DNA of 64,000 bases, from IMG/VR virus record IMGVR_UViG_3300032167_005013; one strand, written 5' to 3'. Every line of letters starts with the position of its first letter. Positions within the stretch are counted from its first letter, which is position 1. Both the position numbers and the translations under genes were made by a program. Source of the stretch: a virus (lineage: Duplodnaviria; Heunggongvirae; Uroviricota; Caudoviricetes). This document shows positions 62,236-64,000 of the stretch, in pieces. Under the pieces are notes generated by a model, which saw only the letters and a list, made by a program, of their open reading frames with translations, searched no databases and was not told where the DNA came from.

Positions 62236-63078
62236 ATGAAAATTGATATAAGTACTTATGAAAAACAAGTAGAGGTTTATGCTCTTTTCGATAGTTTTAA
62301 AAAAATTGGAGACATATATGATTATTATGGATTATCTGATAATGCAATTAATTCAAAAAAAATAAAAAAAATTGCAGAAGAAATCAATTTTGATTTAGAT
62401 ATCTATAAAGAAAGAAGACACCCAAAACATTATTGTTTAGAATGTGGGAAAGAGTTAAAAAGAGGACAAAAAAAATTTTGTAGTAATTCATGCTCAACAA
62501 CTTACAATAACAAATTAAATGGTCCTAAAAGTGAAGAAACAAGAAAAAAAATTAGCGAAACATTAAAAAATAAAACTTCGAAAGACAAAAAGATAACTTA
62601 TTGCGAAGTTTGCGGAAAAGAAATAAATGGAAACAAAAAGTTTTGTTCAATAGAATGTAGAAAAACAAAATATAAAAAACACTTTATTGAAATTACATGT
62701 GAAGAATGTGGTAAGAGTTTTGAAGGTTTAACTGGGAGAAAATTTTGTTCAATTAAATGTGCAAATGAACATTTTAAAAAGAAACGTATCGAACAATTTA
62801 TTAATGGAGAATATGCCAACAATGGTAATTTAACCCTCCCTAAAAATATAAGAGAGTTTTTATTCGAAAAAAATGATTATAAATGTGAATTATGTGGATA
62901 TGAAGGGTATAATGTAAGAACAGGAAATACAATACTTCAAATTCATCATATAGATGGAAACTCTAAAAATAATAAAATAGAAAATTTACAAGTGATTTGC
63001 CCTAATTGTCATGCTAAAACAGAAAATTATATGGCTTTAAATAAAGGTAAATCGGGAAGAGATAAGAGATATAAATAA
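62236..63078 (+). CDS. HNH endonuclease with repeated CxxC...FCSxxC zinc fingers
   Basis: LQIHHIDGNSKNNKIENLQVICPNCH. Confidence 0.85.
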   Translation: MKIDISTYEKQVEVYALFDSFKKIGDIYDYYGLSDNAINSKKIKKIAEEINFDLDIYKERRHPKHYCLECGKELKRGQKKFCSNSCSTTYNNKLNGPKSEETRKKISETLKNKTSKDKKITYCEVCGKEINGNKKFCSIECRKTKYKKHFIEITCEECGKSFEGLTGRKFCSIKCANEHFKKKRIEQFINGEYANNGNLTLPKNIREFLFEKNDYKCELCGYEGYNVRTGNTILQIHHIDGNSKNNKIENLQVICPNCHAKTENYMALNKGKSGRDKRYK

Positions 63079-63117
63079 GTACTCAATTGAGTACCCTATT
63101 ATAATGAATATTATTAT

Positions 63118-63513
63118 ATGAGGAACGTAGATATTTCAACACTTAAAGATAAAGTTATTAAAGAAATCAGAGGTCTTGAACCCGGTAGTGAAGAAATCAC
63201 ATTCATCACTACAGATGGATACAAATATATAATGTTTCATAGCCAAGACTGCTGTGAATCGGTTTCAGTTGACGACGTTGTTGGTGATGTTGAATGCCTA
63301 CTGAATACACCTATTCAAATTGCAGAGGAAAGAGTATCTTCAGATGAGCCACCTTCGGTATCTAAATGGGTAGATTTTTCATATACTTGGACTTTCTATA
63401 CACTTGCTACAGTGAAAGGATATGTGGATATCAAATGGTTTGGCACATCCAATGGATACTATAGTGAAAGTGTAGATTTCCTTGAATTGGAACCTCAATG
63501 CTTTTATAATTAA
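63118..63513 (+). CDS. conserved phage protein (HSQDCCESV..SNGYYSE family)
   Basis: Motif pattern. Confidence 0.7.
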   Translation: MRNVDISTLKDKVIKEIRGLEPGSEEITFITTDGYKYIMFHSQDCCESVSVDDVVGDVECLLNTPIQIAEERVSSDEPPSVSKWVDFSYTWTFYTLATVKGYVDIKWFGTSNGYYSESVDFLELEPQCFYN

Positions 63514-63578
63514 TTTTTGGTTATATAATATATTTTCATTATATTTGCAATGACATAAAACGGTTTAACCTTGGTAAC

Positions 63579-63649
63579 GCTCAGGGACATTATATTAGAG
63601 CTATAAGCTTTCTAAACTTATGGACAGTGGTTGAAATCCACTCTGAGGT
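63579..63649 (+). tRNA. degenerate tRNA, possibly Arg(TCT)
   Basis: ATAAG..CTTAT arm with TTTCTAA loop; GTGG-TTGAAAT-CCAC T-arm; weak D-arm; no CCA. Confidence 0.35.
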
Positions 63650-63666
63650 CAATGACCGTAAAAAAT

Positions 63667-63743
63667 ACTGCTGAGAAAACGTACAGCAAATTATTAGCAA
63701 TGGACTTTTAATCTATCAGGCTTGTTTTCTGACACAAAGCAGT
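63667..63743 (+). ncRNA. stem-ACAGCA RNA carrying a tRNA-Lys(UUU)-like anticodon arm
   Basis: AGAAAAC-GT-ACAGCA...GTTTTCT-G; inner ATGGA-CTTTTAA-TCTAT; outer ACTGCT/AGCAGT. Confidence 0.6.
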
Positions 63744-63772
63744 TAAAATATGACTCAACCTGGCAAGGTTTA

Positions 63773-63829
63773 AGGAAACACACAGCAAAATTATGTTTAT
63801 TAATTATGATGCAATTAAACTGTTTCCTG
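63773..63829 (+). ncRNA. stem-ACAGCA RNA, second copy in the tRNA cluster
   Basis: AGGAAAC-AC-ACAGCA...GTTTCCT-G; inner TTAATT-ATGATGC-AATTAA hairpin. Confidence 0.55.
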
Positions 63830-63862
63830 TTAATATAAGTACTCTTTTGAGTACACTATTAC

Positions 63863-63937
63863 GGGCCTGTAATTCAAAGGTTAGAATGCACGACTCATAA
63901 TCCTGTCATCCTTGTTCGAGTCAAGGCGGGCCCACCA
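63863..63937 (+). tRNA. tRNA-CAT (Met or Ile2)
   Basis: GGGCCTG/CGGGCCC acceptor, CTCATAA loop, CCTTG-TTCGAGT-CAAGG T-arm, ACCA end. Confidence 0.88.
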
Positions 63938-64000
63938 ATAGAAGTGTTCTTTTTCATATTTGTCTTATATTCGTGCTCCCTTGAGGCACCATCTATAATG

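Larger units (their letters stand above)
38063..63854. repeat. dispersed 16-bp palindrome GTACTC-N4-GAGTAC (12 intergenic copies)
   Basis: 38063, 38527, 42702, 47106, 48117, 50751, 55580, 56828, 60090, 60864, 63079, 63839. Confidence 0.88.

Noticed and set aside
63600-63622. Amber suppressor tRNA (CTA anticodon)
   Set aside because: The stem register ATAAG/CTTAT centres the loop on TCT, not CTA.
1-64000. Stop-codon reassignment (Lak-type TAG=Gln, or TGA recoding)
   Set aside because: Conserved genes are full length in code 11 and end at TAG (nrdD, helicase) or TGA (rmlD); the single in-frame TGA at 6538 is better explained as a nonsense mutation.

Overview
A 64-kb, AT-rich segment of a large (jumbo-type) phage genome. 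The host is most likely Bacteroidota: TAnnTTTG promoter boxes, A-rich non-Shine-Dalgarno starts, and Bacteroides-like dnaK, clpX, mgsA and yqeY. It reads in the standard code. The left part (1-35.6 kb) holds auxiliary and metabolic genes: clpB fragment, UvrD helicase, clpX, nrdG/nrdD, infA, Hsp20, nadE, an intein-split DNA methyltransferase, mgsA, rmlD, dnaK, ssb, and an RNA-repair-like cluster with a TROVE/DUF2828-like vWA gene. It also carries a 2.28-kb IS1595 transposon with phage-style cargo inserted in a PRTase gene. After a repeat- and G-rich boundary (35.65-36.05 kb) comes a ~24-kb array of small, mostly unknown, often acidic genes. Most are preceded by a near-consensus sigma54 (-24/-12) promoter (TGGCAC/T-N5-TTGCA, about 40 copies counted by eye) and a shared leader. 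The array is interspersed with a GTACTC-N4-GAGTAC palindrome, several structured ncRNA candidates and 'anti-leader' tracts. The window ends in a tRNA/HNH region. The strongest candidates for an undescribed system are (i) the phage sigma54-type promoter cassette regulon and (ii) a stem-ACAGCA RNA family found both at the start of the TROVE-like gene and in the tRNA cluster, where one copy carries a tRNA-Lys anticodon arm. All motif counts are manual.
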